Part shown: piece by piece, positions 41,501 through 51,046 of the stretch
How positions within the stretch are numbered: position 1 is the first letter of the stretch
Layout: each line of letters begins with the position of its first letter
NCBI GenBank assembly: GCA_040767085.1
Contig: JAXGPF010000008.1
Location: 64,001 to 128,000, forward strand
Reading direction: 5' to 3'
DNA from: Kiritimatiellia bacterium
GTDB taxonomy: Bacteria > Verrucomicrobiota > Kiritimatiellia > JAAZAB01
DNA: 64,000 bases
Translations under genes and position numbers: made by a program
Notes under the pieces: model-generated
Seen by the model: only the letters and a program-made list of their open reading frames with translations
Told to the model about the DNA's origin: nothing
The model's database searches: none

Positions 41501-41766
41501 GAATAGACGTATTCCACGCCGTCAATCTGGTACAGCAGGCGTTCCAGGCGCGACGACACCATTTTTTCCACTTCCGCCGCCGATCCGCCCGGATACATCA
41601 CCAGCACGTCGGCCAGCGGGACGACGATTTGCGGCTCCTCTTCGCGGGGGGTCACCATCAGCGCGATGGCGCCGGCCAGCAGGCTGACCAGGATCAGCAG
41701 CACGGCGAAATTGCCGGTGAGGAAGGCCCGCACCAGCCCGCCCATTACAGAGTGTTTGCCGTCCAT
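38560..41766 (-). CDS. RND efflux permease (AcrB/AcrD/AcrF family)
   Basis: 1068 aa; PREEEPQI, LGLLVDN, RFRPIFLT. Confidence 0.93.
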   Translation of the reverse strand: MDGKHSVMGGLVRAFLTGNFAVLLILVSLLAGAIALMVTPREEEPQIVVPLADVLVMYPGGSAAEVEKMVSSRLERLLYQIDGVEYVYSTSRPGMAVVTVRFYVGEDREASLIKLYNKIFQNVDKATPGIAGWVVKPVEVDDVPILTATLHSRSCDTHALYRIAEEVVGKLQHVPDSAAITIHGGEKRQLTVYLDPEQLAAHGLCPREIAGALQAGNLQLQAGSFEQGNAVATVAAGPFLRDAGEVANLMVGLHAGRPVYLRDVARIADGPAEPRTLTRFHHGPADPAFAAPDGAAPRAAVSIAVAKKKGSNAVQVARELERALRALQGRTIPDNVAVRITRDYGATANEKVNDLVLNLGLGMLTVVALIALTMSWRVGVIVGLAIPITYALTLLCNFLFGYTINRVTLFALILALGLLVDNPIVSVENIYRFFAMKRHRREEAVQLAMEEVMPPIVLATLAIIVSFIPMFFISGMMGPYMRPMALNVPLTMISSMLVAFALAPWLANKLLRAPADNAKPYDVRTTRTYAVYSRLAAPFVDSRRAAWLLLAVMAALFAGALLLAATGRVPLKMLPFDNKNEFQLVLDLPESAPLEMTDALARDAEDYLRGVPEVVDFTTTLGAPSPMDFNGLVRHYYLRQAPNLGDIRVNLLPRQRRAQSSHDIILRIRNDIAAIAERHGAQVKLVEAPPGPPVLATVVAEIYGQPHQQYDELIAGARQVAARLRQEPGVVEVDDSVETNQQKWFFHVDRDLAGRSGIAAADAAQVLRLALDGQMVGTVHTPSEQNELPLVLRLPRDKRSDTALLATLPIKGRQGQFVQLGELGRFEEQVEDKSIMHKNQERVVYVTAEMAGRGPAEAVLAMQQWLKANPLPAGLRADWAGEGEWKITVDVFRDLGIAFAVALLAIYVLLVYETSSYLLPLVIMMSIPLTLIGIMPGFWLLNLLVNRPVGGFDTPVFFTATAMIGMIALGGIVQRNAIILIDFIRVNTAAGRSLREAILESGATRFRPIFLTAGTTLLGAWPITLDPIFSGLAWSIIFGLFVSTIFTLLVIPVVYNLIYGRGTGKVGD

Positions 41767-41769
41767 GGC

Positions 41770-42804
41770 TCAATCCTCCAGCACGGGTTGCGCGAGCACC
41801 TGTTCGCCGTCCGCCAGGCCGCTGAGAATCGCCACCTGTTCGCCGTAGCGCGGGCCGGTTTTCACCAGGCGGGTCAGGCGCCGCCCGTGTTCCAGCACCT
41901 GAACGAATTCCAACTGGCCGGAGCGGTAAACGGCGCCGGCCGGCAGGAGGATTTGGCGGCGTTCGTCCGCGTTGACCCACAGGCGGCCGAAGGTGCCGGG
42001 CAGGAGCGTCCCTGTATTATCTTCCAGATCCACGCGCACAAGCTGGGTGCGGCTCATCGGATCGATTTCCGCGACGATCTCCGCCACCCGGCCGGCGAAC
42101 TTGCGGGACGGCCGTTCGAGCGTCACTTCCACTTCCTGGCCAAGCTGCAGCTTTTCGATCAAACGCAGCGGCGCCGGCACTTCCAGGCGCATGCGGTGCG
42201 GATCGTAAATGGCCATCAGGAGCTGGCCCGGGCCGGTCAGGTCGCCGGCTTCCACGCGGCGGTCGGTGACGATGCCGGCGATGGGCGAGGTGATCTGGGC
42301 ATAGGAAAGCATGACGCGCATGCGCTCCATCTGGGCCTTGGCGGCGTTAAACATGGATTCCGCCGCGGTCAAAGCCTGCTCGGTGGCGGCCTGGGTTTCG
42401 AAAAGCTGACGCGCGCGTTTGTACTCGGCTTCCGCCTGCTTCAATTGCGCTTCCGCGGCGCCGGCCTGCTCGCGGATTTCGCGGTCGTCCAGCGTCAGCA
42501 GCAGGTGGCCGGCCGGCACGGCCTGGCCGGCGGAGACGAACATTTCGTTGACATGCGCCGGGATGCGGGCGCTGATGTTCACCCGGTTGGCCGAAGCCAC
42601 CGTGCCCACCAGGTCCAGGCGCACAGGCACGACTTCCGCGCGGGCGGCGATCACGGCGGCGTTGTCCGGCGCCGGTCGGCCCGGCAGCGGCCGCGCCGCG
42701 GGGGCATCGGCGCGGGGCAGGCATCCGGCGGCCAGCATGGCGGAGAGAAGGGCGGCGGCGGCGGCCTGGCGGCGCCGCAGGTTCAGCGGGTAATCAGCAT
42801 GCAT
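41770..42804 (-). CDS. RND periplasmic adaptor subunit
   Basis: Lipobox-like AAGC; ITSPIAGIV; IDPMSRT. Confidence 0.92.
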   Translation of the reverse strand: MHADYPLNLRRRQAAAAALLSAMLAAGCLPRADAPAARPLPGRPAPDNAAVIAARAEVVPVRLDLVGTVASANRVNISARIPAHVNEMFVSAGQAVPAGHLLLTLDDREIREQAGAAEAQLKQAEAEYKRARQLFETQAATEQALTAAESMFNAAKAQMERMRVMLSYAQITSPIAGIVTDRRVEAGDLTGPGQLLMAIYDPHRMRLEVPAPLRLIEKLQLGQEVEVTLERPSRKFAGRVAEIVAEIDPMSRTQLVRVDLEDNTGTLLPGTFGRLWVNADERRQILLPAGAVYRSGQLEFVQVLEHGRRLTRLVKTGPRYGEQVAILSGLADGEQVLAQPVLED

Positions 42805-42818
42805 TTGACACCTCTTGA

Positions 42819-44159
42819 TTAATCAGGTTTGTGCGCGGGCTGTGCATATTTTTCAGCCAGTGCGCCGCGGGCGCGCTCCAGGTTCGATTGCGCGATCAGC
42901 AGGTCGTATTGCGCCGCCACGCCGCGCGTCTGCAGGGCATGCAGTCCGACTTCGGCCGTCAGCAGTTCGGTGATATCGGCCGCACCTTGCTGGTAGCGCT
43001 CGCGCGTAATGCGCAGCGCCTCGCGGGCGTTTTCCACATTCTTGCGCATGACCTCAATCCGTTCCCGGGCTTCGGCCAGGCTCAGTTGCGCCTGGGTCAG
43101 GTCGAATTGCACCGCCAGGCGGGTTTTGCGCAGTTCCGCCCGGGCGCGGGCCAGTTCGGCGGAAGCCTGGCGGATGGCGTTGGGTCGGCGGAAGCCGTCG
43201 AAAATTTCCCACTCTGCCATGATGCCGGCCATGTAACTGTTTTCGTAATCACGCCAATCGTCGCTATCCCAGTCCAGCGAGCCGAAGGCGTTGAAGGCCG
43301 GGCTGAATTCCCGTCGGGCGCGCCGCCACTGGTGCTGGCTCAAGGTTACCTGTTCGGCAGCCAGGCGGAGTTCCGGTCGGTTTTCCGGGCCGGCCTGTGA
43401 AGCGTCGTCTAACGCTGCCGGTTCCGGTTCCGGCGGGGGCTGCAAGTCGTCCGCCCGGGCTATTTCCACGCCGATGGCGGTGTTGAGCGCCGCTACGGCC
43501 AAGCGGAGTCCGTTGCGGGCGCGGATTGCATCCTCGCGCGCCTCGGCCAGTTTGACATCCAGGTTCAGCACATCGGTTTTGACCGCCGAACCGGCCTGGA
43601 AGCGCTCGCGGGCCACCCGCTGGCTTTCCTCGAGCGATGCGACCATGGCCGTTTGAACGTCCACGAAGGCGCGTGCCTGGAGGGTGTTCAGGTAGGCGCG
43701 GGTGACCTGGTGCACCAACTCGTTGCGCGCCGCGTCCTGCCCGGATTGCGCCAGGCGCGTGCCGGACAGCGCCGCGCCGCGGGCGGATTCGCGCTGGCCG
43801 CCGTCAAACAAACGGTATTTGGCGGCAACGCTCCAGCGGATATTGTCCGTGTCGTCCGGATCGTTAGGGTCGAACTCCGGCGCCATCATGTTCAGTTGCC
43901 GCTGGTTGAGCGTCATCATGAAGGCTTGCGGGGGATTGTCGGTGCGCATGTACGTTCCGTTCAGGGAGAGCCAGGGGTAATAACCCGATTCCGCCTGGCG
44001 CAGCGCAGCCTGCGCGGCCGTGATGCGTTGCGCCGCCGCCGCCATGTCGGGGTTCTCGCTCAGCGCGGTTTGAATGCAATCTTCCAGGGTGATCGCCGGC
44101 GCGGCCGCTGCCAGGACCGCGCCGCAAGCGGTTATGATGTTTGCCAAGCGTTGACGCAT
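42819..44159 (-). CDS. TolC-family outer membrane protein
   Basis: ITLEDCIQTALSENP; ERYQQGAADITELLTAE; start chosen at MRQR after a GGAG RBS. Confidence 0.9.
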   Translation of the reverse strand: MRQRLANIITACGAVLAAAAPAITLEDCIQTALSENPDMAAAAQRITAAQAALRQAESGYYPWLSLNGTYMRTDNPPQAFMMTLNQRQLNMMAPEFDPNDPDDTDNIRWSVAAKYRLFDGGQRESARGAALSGTRLAQSGQDAARNELVHQVTRAYLNTLQARAFVDVQTAMVASLEESQRVARERFQAGSAVKTDVLNLDVKLAEAREDAIRARNGLRLAVAALNTAIGVEIARADDLQPPPEPEPAALDDASQAGPENRPELRLAAEQVTLSQHQWRRARREFSPAFNAFGSLDWDSDDWRDYENSYMAGIMAEWEIFDGFRRPNAIRQASAELARARAELRKTRLAVQFDLTQAQLSLAEARERIEVMRKNVENAREALRITRERYQQGAADITELLTAEVGLHALQTRGVAAQYDLLIAQSNLERARGALAEKYAQPAHKPD

Positions 44160-44243
44160 ATACTTGTCTCCGTAATGATTATTATTATTCTGCCGAAAAG
44201 AGCGAAAAAAACAAGCAAATTCAGCCGGCCAGGGCTGGCCGGT

Positions 44244-44506
44244 CACGGCTGCGTCATTCTCGGCGGCTCGCTCCCGCGCCAGGCGGGACAAGCCGGAGGT
44301 TTACCCCGCTTTGAGCAGGGTCTCGCTCTTCAGCAGATTTCCCAGGTGGGGCGAGCTCTCCGAGTCCGGCTTTGCCGGACGGCTCCGTCGGAGACGTCGC
44401 CCTACCTCCAGCAGATTTCCCAGGTAGGGCGAGGTCTCCCTGCTTCGCTGAAGCTATACAGGGCAAGCCGTACCGAGCCGTCTGTTCTGAGAATAACGCA
44501 GCCCTG
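44244..44506. mobile_element. MITE family A copy 2 (longest, extra REP modules)
   Basis: CACGGCTGCGTCATTCTC ... GAGAATAACGCAGCCCTG; flanks GCTGGCCGGT / GCTGGCCCGC. Confidence 0.82.
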
Positions 44507-44551
44507 GCTGGCCCGCTCAGAGCGGAATGCCGCGGACGCCGAAAAAGGGGG

Positions 44552-45103
44552 TTACCGCGGGATAAACAGCTTCTGGCCCTGGCGCAGATGGTCGGGATCT
44601 TTCAGGTTGTTGGAGTCAATGATGGATTTCACGGAAACCTTATAGGCGCCGGCAATGGCGGAAAGCGTTTCGCCCGGCTGCACGGTATGCTCGTACCCCT
44701 CGCCGCCGCCGGCATTGCCGCTGGGGACGGCCGGGCGGCTGCCGGCGCGCATGACTTCGGCGATCCGCCAGGAGAGTTGATCCACAATCGCCTGGCGGTC
44801 GCGTTCGCGGGCGGCATCGAGGGCCGCCAGCCTCTGTTCCAGAGCGTCCAGCCGCGCTTGCGCGCCGCGCTGCTGGGCGCCGGCTTCGCCGGTGCTGGCG
44901 GACATCCCGTGCATGTCCTGCATCAGCCGCTGGTATTCCATTTCCAGCGTTTCCAGGCGGCCTTCCGTGCGGGCCAGCCGATCCTGGAGCAGCAGCAAAT
45001 CTTCGCGTTCGCGCACGCGCACGGCGGGATCTTCCGTGGTGAGGCAGCCGCCGCCCAGGGCGGCCAGCAGCAGGACGATCAATCCAATGTTAGTTTTTTT
45101 CAT
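44552..45103 (-). CDS. LysM-domain lipoprotein with a coiled coil
   Basis: LGGGC lipobox-like motif; HTVQPGETLSAIA..LRQGQKLFIP. Confidence 0.9.
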   Translation of the reverse strand: MKKTNIGLIVLLLAALGGGCLTTEDPAVRVREREDLLLLQDRLARTEGRLETLEMEYQRLMQDMHGMSASTGEAGAQQRGAQARLDALEQRLAALDAARERDRQAIVDQLSWRIAEVMRAGSRPAVPSGNAGGGEGYEHTVQPGETLSAIAGAYKVSVKSIIDSNNLKDPDHLRQGQKLFIPR

Positions 45104-45106
45104 GTT

Positions 45107-46306
45107 TTACCTCGCGTGCGCGTCTTTCAGTGTCGTTTGCATGATATCAAAGGCCAATCCCTGCGCCCGGCCGTCATGGACGCATTCGTCGAACGGCTGT
45201 TCCGCATCGGTCAGTTGCGCCGGGCCGTCGCAGACCAGCAGGGGCACCGGTTCGATCGTGTGGCCGCGGACGGCGACGGGCGTGCGGTGGTCGGTGGCGA
45301 CCACCAGGCGGCAGGGTTGGCCGCCGGCCTGCAACAGGCGCCAGGCCGGCCCGACGATTTCCCGGTCGAAAGCTTCAATGGCGCGGGTTTTCAGTTTGAG
45401 GTCGCCCATGTGTCCGCATTCGTCCGGCGCTTCCACGTGCAGGAAGACGAAGTCCCGGCCGGCGTCCAGCAGGGCGCGCGCCGCTTCCAGTTTGCCGGCG
45501 TAATTGGTGTCCAGGAAGCCGGTGGCCCCGGGAATGTGCGGGGCGTCCAGCCCTGCCAGCCGCCCGATCCCGCGCACCAGGTCCACGGCGGAAATGACGC
45601 CGCCGGTCAACCCGTAGAGTTCACGGAAGGATGGGAGAACGGTCCGGCGCCCCTGGCCCCAGAGCCAGATCTGGGTGGCGGCGGATTTGCCCGCGCGCCG
45701 CCGCGCGGCATTGACGGGATGATTCTGGAGAATCGCGCGGGAGTCCTCCATCAGGCGGATAATCGCGGCCGCGCCGCCGCCCTGCGGCAGGTTGTATTCC
45801 ACGCGCTGGCCCAGGACGTCATGCGGCGGAATGGTGGTCGTCGTCACGGGCCCGTTGCGCCAGAGCAGCAGGTGGCGGTAGCCGGCGCCGGGATGGAAAC
45901 GCATTTCCGGCGTGCCCAGCGCCTGCTGAACAGCCGCCATGATTTCCGCGCCCTCGGGCGTGGTGATATGGCCGGCGGAGTGGTCGGTGATGATGCCGTC
46001 CTGGACGTTGACCAGGTTGCAGCGGAAAGCGACGTCCTCCGGCGCCAGTTCCAGGCCGGCGCCGGCGGCTTCGATCGGGGCCCGGCCCGTATAGTAGCGG
46101 CGCGGATCGAATCCCAGCATGCTTAAATTGGCCACGTCGCTGCCGGGCGACATGCCGTCGGGAATGGTCTGCACGAGCTGGACCTGCCCGGCGGCGGCCA
46201 GCCGGCGGATATGGGGGATGTCCGCCTGCTGCAGCGGGGTGCGTCCGTTGTATTCCGGGGCGGGGTAATCGCCCATGCCGTCGCCCAGCAAAACCATGAT
46301 TTTCAT
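45107..46306 (-). CDS. apgM: Cofactor-independent phosphoglycerate mutase (ApgM type)
   Basis: GDGMGD, PGSDVAN, GRAPIEA, HVEAPDECGH, TDHRTP. Confidence 0.9.
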   Translation of the reverse strand: MKIMVLLGDGMGDYPAPEYNGRTPLQQADIPHIRRLAAAGQVQLVQTIPDGMSPGSDVANLSMLGFDPRRYYTGRAPIEAAGAGLELAPEDVAFRCNLVNVQDGIITDHSAGHITTPEGAEIMAAVQQALGTPEMRFHPGAGYRHLLLWRNGPVTTTTIPPHDVLGQRVEYNLPQGGGAAAIIRLMEDSRAILQNHPVNAARRRAGKSAATQIWLWGQGRRTVLPSFRELYGLTGGVISAVDLVRGIGRLAGLDAPHIPGATGFLDTNYAGKLEAARALLDAGRDFVFLHVEAPDECGHMGDLKLKTRAIEAFDREIVGPAWRLLQAGGQPCRLVVATDHRTPVAVRGHTIEPVPLLVCDGPAQLTDAEQPFDECVHDGRAQGLAFDIMQTTLKDAHAR

Positions 46307-46384
46307 AAACCGCCTCGTTCGAGTGGAGGGTAAGCATAGCGGTTTGCCCTGCCGCGGTCAAACTTGTTTGGGATTGATTTTTTT

Positions 46385-46765
46385 GGGTGTCAGATAAATT
46401 AGATGGGGTAGTGCGGAAGCAGGGATGCGTAGCGAATTCCGTTCGAAAAGGACGGCGGCCATTTTGGGGCGTCTGTCCGCTGCGCGGACCCTGCGGGCGT
46501 GGTTGCAGGCGATGGCGCAATCAAGAGATTAGCGCCATCGCCTGCGCCCACGCATCCACCCCAAACTTGCCTTGTCTTTTCGAACCCCTCGACAGGCTCG
46601 GGGAGCGGAATTCGCAACGCGATGGCCCAATTTCGGCCAGGATGGTGTTGCCTGGCCGAAATTACCGGAATTTACATAATTGTATTTAACGGATTCATAA
46701 ATCACACTGAAATCAACCGTGGAATTAAAGTTTATTCAAATCACCAACAAATTTGTCGTATACCC
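46385..46765. repeat. ~380-bp fold-back element (MITE family B) copy 1
   Basis: Highly similar to 48736-49117; imperfect TIR GGGTGTCAGATAAATT / AATTTGTCGTATACCC. Confidence 0.8.
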
Positions 46766-46961
46766 GATTTTCGCAGGCCCGAATTTTTTTATTGTGTTGC
46801 GGCGGCTGGTTATGCGATAATCCAAAACAATCGCAGTGGGTATGGCTGCCGCGGGGCGCCGCCGCGCAAAGGATTTAAGCGCGAAGGTTGCCTGTAATTT
46901 CTGCAATCGGGAGTCACCGGCCCGCGGGAATCGTCAATTCAACAACAACAAGGAGCTGATT

Positions 46962-47753
46962 ATGAAGCGGATGGCTTGGGTGATGGGCGCAATGGCAATG
47001 GCGGCGGCAGTTACCGCGTCCGAATCGGAATTCAGCCGGACGCTGTTCACCCGCGAGAATCGTTTGCCGGAATTAAACCGCTGGGAGTTGGGCCTGTTTT
47101 CGCAATACGTGCAATACGATGAATCCCTCGGCGTATCGGGCCTGGATTGGAAGCGCAAGGATTTCACTGTCGGCCCATACGCGCGGTACGGGTTGTATGA
47201 AAACCTCACCGCCTACGCCGCGGTGCCGTTCGGCCATGTGGACTCGGACCGGACCAAAGACACGCACACCGGCATCCGCGACATCACCCTGGGGATGGAA
47301 TTGCTTGCCTACGAATACACTTTCGGTTATCCCTATATCATCCCGTACGTCGAGGTGATCCTGCCCACCGGCGATGAAGACGACAAGCTGGGCAACGGCA
47401 AAACGGACGCGGTTTTCGGCGCCTCGGCGGGCACGACGGTGTACGATGTGTACAATTACATCCTGGACGCCCGCTACAACGTCAACCATAAAAACAGCGG
47501 CGATGAAGACGAAGACGGGATGTTCACGCTGGCGGCGGCTTTCATCTGGGATTTGAACGAACGCTTTGCGCTGATGGCGGAAGCCAAGGGCACCAGCGAG
47601 GATATCGCCGGCGAGAGCGGCATCCCCCTGTATTTCCGCGGCGGCATGAATTACAAGGTTTCCGACCAGTTGTCGCTGAGCTGGTTCGGCGGCGGCGCGG
47701 TTAATTCCGATGAAGACGGCATGGGCGCCATCAAAGTCGGCTACCTGTTCTGA
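46962..47753 (+). CDS. Outer-membrane beta-barrel protein (MetA/CoxB transporter-like)
   Basis: Signal peptide; LPTGDEDDKLGNGK motif; C-terminal YLF; AAGGAG RBS. Confidence 0.75.
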   Translation: MKRMAWVMGAMAMAAAVTASESEFSRTLFTRENRLPELNRWELGLFSQYVQYDESLGVSGLDWKRKDFTVGPYARYGLYENLTAYAAVPFGHVDSDRTKDTHTGIRDITLGMELLAYEYTFGYPYIIPYVEVILPTGDEDDKLGNGKTDAVFGASAGTTVYDVYNYILDARYNVNHKNSGDEDEDGMFTLAAAFIWDLNERFALMAEAKGTSEDIAGESGIPLYFRGGMNYKVSDQLSLSWFGGGAVNSDEDGMGAIKVGYLF

Positions 47754-47795
47754 TCCGGCGCACGGCCGGCCGGCGCTTCGGCTGGCGGATGTTGC

Positions 47796-48713
47796 ATGTT
47801 GAATTCGCAGCGCAACGCGGTGTCGGACGGACGCCCGCCGGTTCCGGCGCGGCGCCGTATGACCGCCTGGCGCCGGCCGGCCATGTTGATCGTGCTTTTC
47901 TGGCTGGCGGCCATGTTCTGGCTGGTGCGCTTCGAAGCCTTCCCGGGCTGGTTTAACCGCGGCTATCATTCTTACCGCGATGTTTTCCGCGACGGCTTGT
48001 TTGTCTTGGATTCGTGGATGCGGGTTTCCCTGCACGGCGAGCCGGCGGGCTACACGCATACCTGGTTGGACAGCGACCCGGCCGCCGGCCGTCAATTGTT
48101 CCGCCTGCGCAATCAGACCGCCCTGTCCGTGCGCCTGCTGGGCCAGCCGCGCGCGATTAACGCCAACCTGAGCGCGACCGTGGACGATGCCGGGCGGTTG
48201 CAGGATTTTTACGCCGTGCTGCGCATGGATGAATGGCGCACCCGGGTGGAAGGCCGCGCCGCCGGGGCCGGCCGCTTCCGGGTGACCGTCCGCGCCGGCG
48301 CCGCCGTCCGGGAACTGGAGGTGGCGGCGCCGGATGACATCCAGTTGCATCTGCCCATGACGGAACTGCTGGTCGGCCGCCTGGCGCCGGGCCGCACTGC
48401 CGCGCTGCGGGTCTTCAACCCGCTGACCATGGCCGTGGATGAGGTGCGTGTGTCCGCGGTCGGCCGCGAGACGCTGCGCCTGGACGGGCGCGAGTATGCA
48501 ACGACCCTGGTCAAGACATCCTACCAGGGCCTAGAGATGCGCGCCTGGGTGGATGCCCAGGGGCGCACGCTGCGGCAGGAGACGCCGTTCGGATTGACCA
48601 TGGAAATCTGCGATCCGGCGGAGGCCGTTTTACCCGCCGGGACGGGGCCGGCCCTGGATTGGCTGGCGCCGCCGGGCACCTGGCCGATGCCCTCTCTTGA
48701 GCCCGCATCCTGA
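47796..48713 (+). CDS. Hypothetical membrane-anchored beta-rich protein
   Basis: N-terminal TM (LIVLFWLAAMFWLV); GC3-rich codon bias. Start may be 47859. Confidence 0.7.
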   Translation: MLNSQRNAVSDGRPPVPARRRMTAWRRPAMLIVLFWLAAMFWLVRFEAFPGWFNRGYHSYRDVFRDGLFVLDSWMRVSLHGEPAGYTHTWLDSDPAAGRQLFRLRNQTALSVRLLGQPRAINANLSATVDDAGRLQDFYAVLRMDEWRTRVEGRAAGAGRFRVTVRAGAAVRELEVAAPDDIQLHLPMTELLVGRLAPGRTAALRVFNPLTMAVDEVRVSAVGRETLRLDGREYATTLVKTSYQGLEMRAWVDAQGRTLRQETPFGLTMEICDPAEAVLPAGTGPALDWLAPPGTWPMPSLEPAS

Positions 48714-48735
48714 TTCTTTCCGCCGGCTGGTGTGC

Positions 48736-49117
48736 GGGCGTAAGACAAATTAGTTGTGGTAATACGGCAGCAGGGATGCGTAGCGAATTCCGTTCGAAAA
48801 GTACGGCGGCCATTTTGGGGCGTCTGTCCGCTGCGCGGACCCTGCGGGCGTGGTTGCAGGCGGTGGCGCAATCAAGAGATTAGCGCCATCACCTGCGCCC
48901 GCGCATCCACCCCAAACTTGCCTTGTCTTTTCGAACCCCTCGACAAACTCGGGGAGCGGAATTCGCAACGCGGTGGCCCAATTTCGGCCAGGATGGTGTC
49001 CCCTGGCCGAAATTATCGGATTTACATGGTTGTATCTATAGCGGACTCATAAATCACACTGAAACCCGCCGTGAAATTAAAGTTTATTCAAATCACCAAC
49101 AAATTTGTCTTACACCA
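48736..49117. repeat. ~380-bp fold-back element (MITE family B) copy 2
   Basis: TIR TAAGACAAATTAGTTG / CAACAAATTTGTCTTA (15/16). Confidence 0.8.
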
Positions 49118-49251
49118 TAGGTGTGCGGGCGGCCGATCCGGCGCTTGACTTGCCGGCGTCCGGTGGTGTAATTATATGCTTGTTGACAGTCCAGGGCCGG
49201 CGGCGGCTGGCCCGTGGGCCTTGGAAGTAACAATCAAGCTGGCAGGGAACC

Positions 49252-50289
49252 ATGTACCTGGACACTTTGTTTCACGGAGCGGAGAAATTCGGCGCATCGG
49301 ATCTGCACCTGATCGCCGGCATGCCGCCGGCCTACCGCGTCAACGGCGAGATCATCCTGGCCGACCAGGATCCGCTTGGCGTGGAAGAACTGAACGACAT
49401 GGTTGGCGCCATGATCAACGACGATCAGCGCAAAAAATACGAGCGGGAATGGGAACTGTGCGTGTCCATCCCCCGCGGCGATCAGGGGCGGGTGCGCGCC
49501 ACGATTTACCGCCGCAACGGGCATCCCGAGTTAAGTTTCCGCTTCTGCGGCAGCCGGATCCCCACCCGCGCGGAACTGGGTTTGCCGGCCAAACTGGACG
49601 ACCTGGTCCGCAACCGCAACGGCCTGGTCCTGGTTACCGGGCCGACCGGGTCGGGCAAGACCACCACTTTGAATTACCTGGTGGACCGGATCAACCACGA
49701 ACGCAACTGCAAAATTATCACCATCGAGGATCCGATCGAATACTCGCATGTCAACGACAAGTCCCTCGTGGTGCAGTTGGAAGTCATGACGGATACGCAT
49801 TCGTTCAACCGGGCGCTGGTGCATGTGCTCCGGCAGGACCCGGATGTGATCGTGGTGGGGGAACTGCGGGATTACGAGGCGATTGGCACCGCCCTGGCGG
49901 CCGCGGAAACCGGCCACCTGGTGCTGGCCACCGTGCATGCCGCCAGCGCCATCCAGACCGTGGAACGCATTGTCGGCGTGTACGAGGGCAACACCCAGCG
50001 GCAGATTCTGCTGCAGTTGGCCAATACCCTCCATGGCATCATCAGCCAGGAACTATTCGCCACCCCCGGGAATGAACGCCGGGTGCTGGCCTACGAGCTG
50101 CTGCTGGCCAATCCCGCCGTGCGGAACATTATCCGGCAGAACGATCTCGCCCAGCTGGCCTCGGTCATGCAGACCTCAGCCCGGGATGGCATGGTGCTGA
50201 TGGATACCACGGTGCGCGACTTGTACGACCGCGGCCTGATCAGTTACGACATGGCCATCAGCCGGATCCGCGATCCGGATGCAATTTAA
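49252..50289 (+). CDS. pilT: PilT/PilU-family pilus retraction ATPase
   Basis: ASDLHL, GPTGSGKTTT, TIEDPIEY, LRQDPDVIVVGELRD, AAETGHLV. Confidence 0.9.
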   Translation: MYLDTLFHGAEKFGASDLHLIAGMPPAYRVNGEIILADQDPLGVEELNDMVGAMINDDQRKKYEREWELCVSIPRGDQGRVRATIYRRNGHPELSFRFCGSRIPTRAELGLPAKLDDLVRNRNGLVLVTGPTGSGKTTTLNYLVDRINHERNCKIITIEDPIEYSHVNDKSLVVQLEVMTDTHSFNRALVHVLRQDPDVIVVGELRDYEAIGTALAAAETGHLVLATVHAASAIQTVERIVGVYEGNTQRQILLQLANTLHGIISQELFATPGNERRVLAYELLLANPAVRNIIRQNDLAQLASVMQTSARDGMVLMDTTVRDLYDRGLISYDMAISRIRDPDAI

Positions 50290-50300
50290 CCCGGCGGCGC

Positions 50301-51026
50301 ATGATTATCCTGGAAAATCTCGGCAAACAATTCGGTCCGGTCTGGGCGGTCCAGGATTTGACCTTGACCGTGCCGCCGGGCGAATTGTTTTGCTTCCTCG
50401 GACCGAACGGCGCCGGCAAGACCACCACCATCAAAATGGCCTGCGGATTGCTGCGTCCGACCGCGGGGACGGCGCGCGTGGCCGGCGGCGATCCAGCCGC
50501 CGACCAGGCCGTGCGCGCCGCCATCGGCTATATCCCGGACCAGCCGTTCCTGTACGAGCGGTTGACCGCCGCCGAGTTTTTCCAGTTTGTCGGCGACATC
50601 TACCGGCTGCCGCCGGAGCGTATCCGCCGGGAACGCGCGGAGTTGTTCGAACTGTTCGGCCTGCAGCCGGCGGCGCAAACCATGATCGGCGAGTTGTCCC
50701 ACGGGTTCCGCCAGCGCCTGATTTATGCCGCGACGCTGCTTCATCAGCCGCAGGTGCTCTTCGTGGACGAACCCTTCATCGGCCTGGACCCGTACACCAT
50801 CCGGCTGCTGCGCGAATTGCTGCGCGCACGCGCGCGCGCGGGCATGACGATCTTCCTCACCACCCATATCCTGGCGCTGGTGGAGGGGCTGGCGGATCGG
50901 GTCGGCATCCTGTCCGATGGGCGCCTGGCGGCGCTCGGCACGGTGGATGAGTTGCGCGCCCGCGCCGGCGGCGCCGGCGCGCTGGAGGATATTTTCCTGG
51001 GCCTGACCCGGGCCGATGCAAATTGA
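50301..51026 (+). CDS. ABC transporter ATP-binding protein (ABC-2 type)
   Basis: GPNGAGKTT, LSHGFRQR, VDEP. Confidence 0.92.
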   Translation: MIILENLGKQFGPVWAVQDLTLTVPPGELFCFLGPNGAGKTTTIKMACGLLRPTAGTARVAGGDPAADQAVRAAIGYIPDQPFLYERLTAAEFFQFVGDIYRLPPERIRRERAELFELFGLQPAAQTMIGELSHGFRQRLIYAATLLHQPQVLFVDEPFIGLDPYTIRLLRELLRARARAGMTIFLTTHILALVEGLADRVGILSDGRLAALGTVDELRARAGGAGALEDIFLGLTRADAN

Positions 51027-51046
51027 CTTTGAGCGATGGGACTGTT

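Noticed and set aside
39175-42822. 1215-aa ORF on the + strand
   Set aside because: Antisense shadow of the RND permease and adaptor genes.
44372-46126. 584-aa + strand ORF
   Set aside because: Antisense to the LysM and apgM genes, and it starts inside a MITE.
46387-46897. Short ORFs within the 380-bp repeats (also 48750-49120) and within MITE A copies
   Set aside because: They occur in several frames with different ends between copies and show no coding signature.
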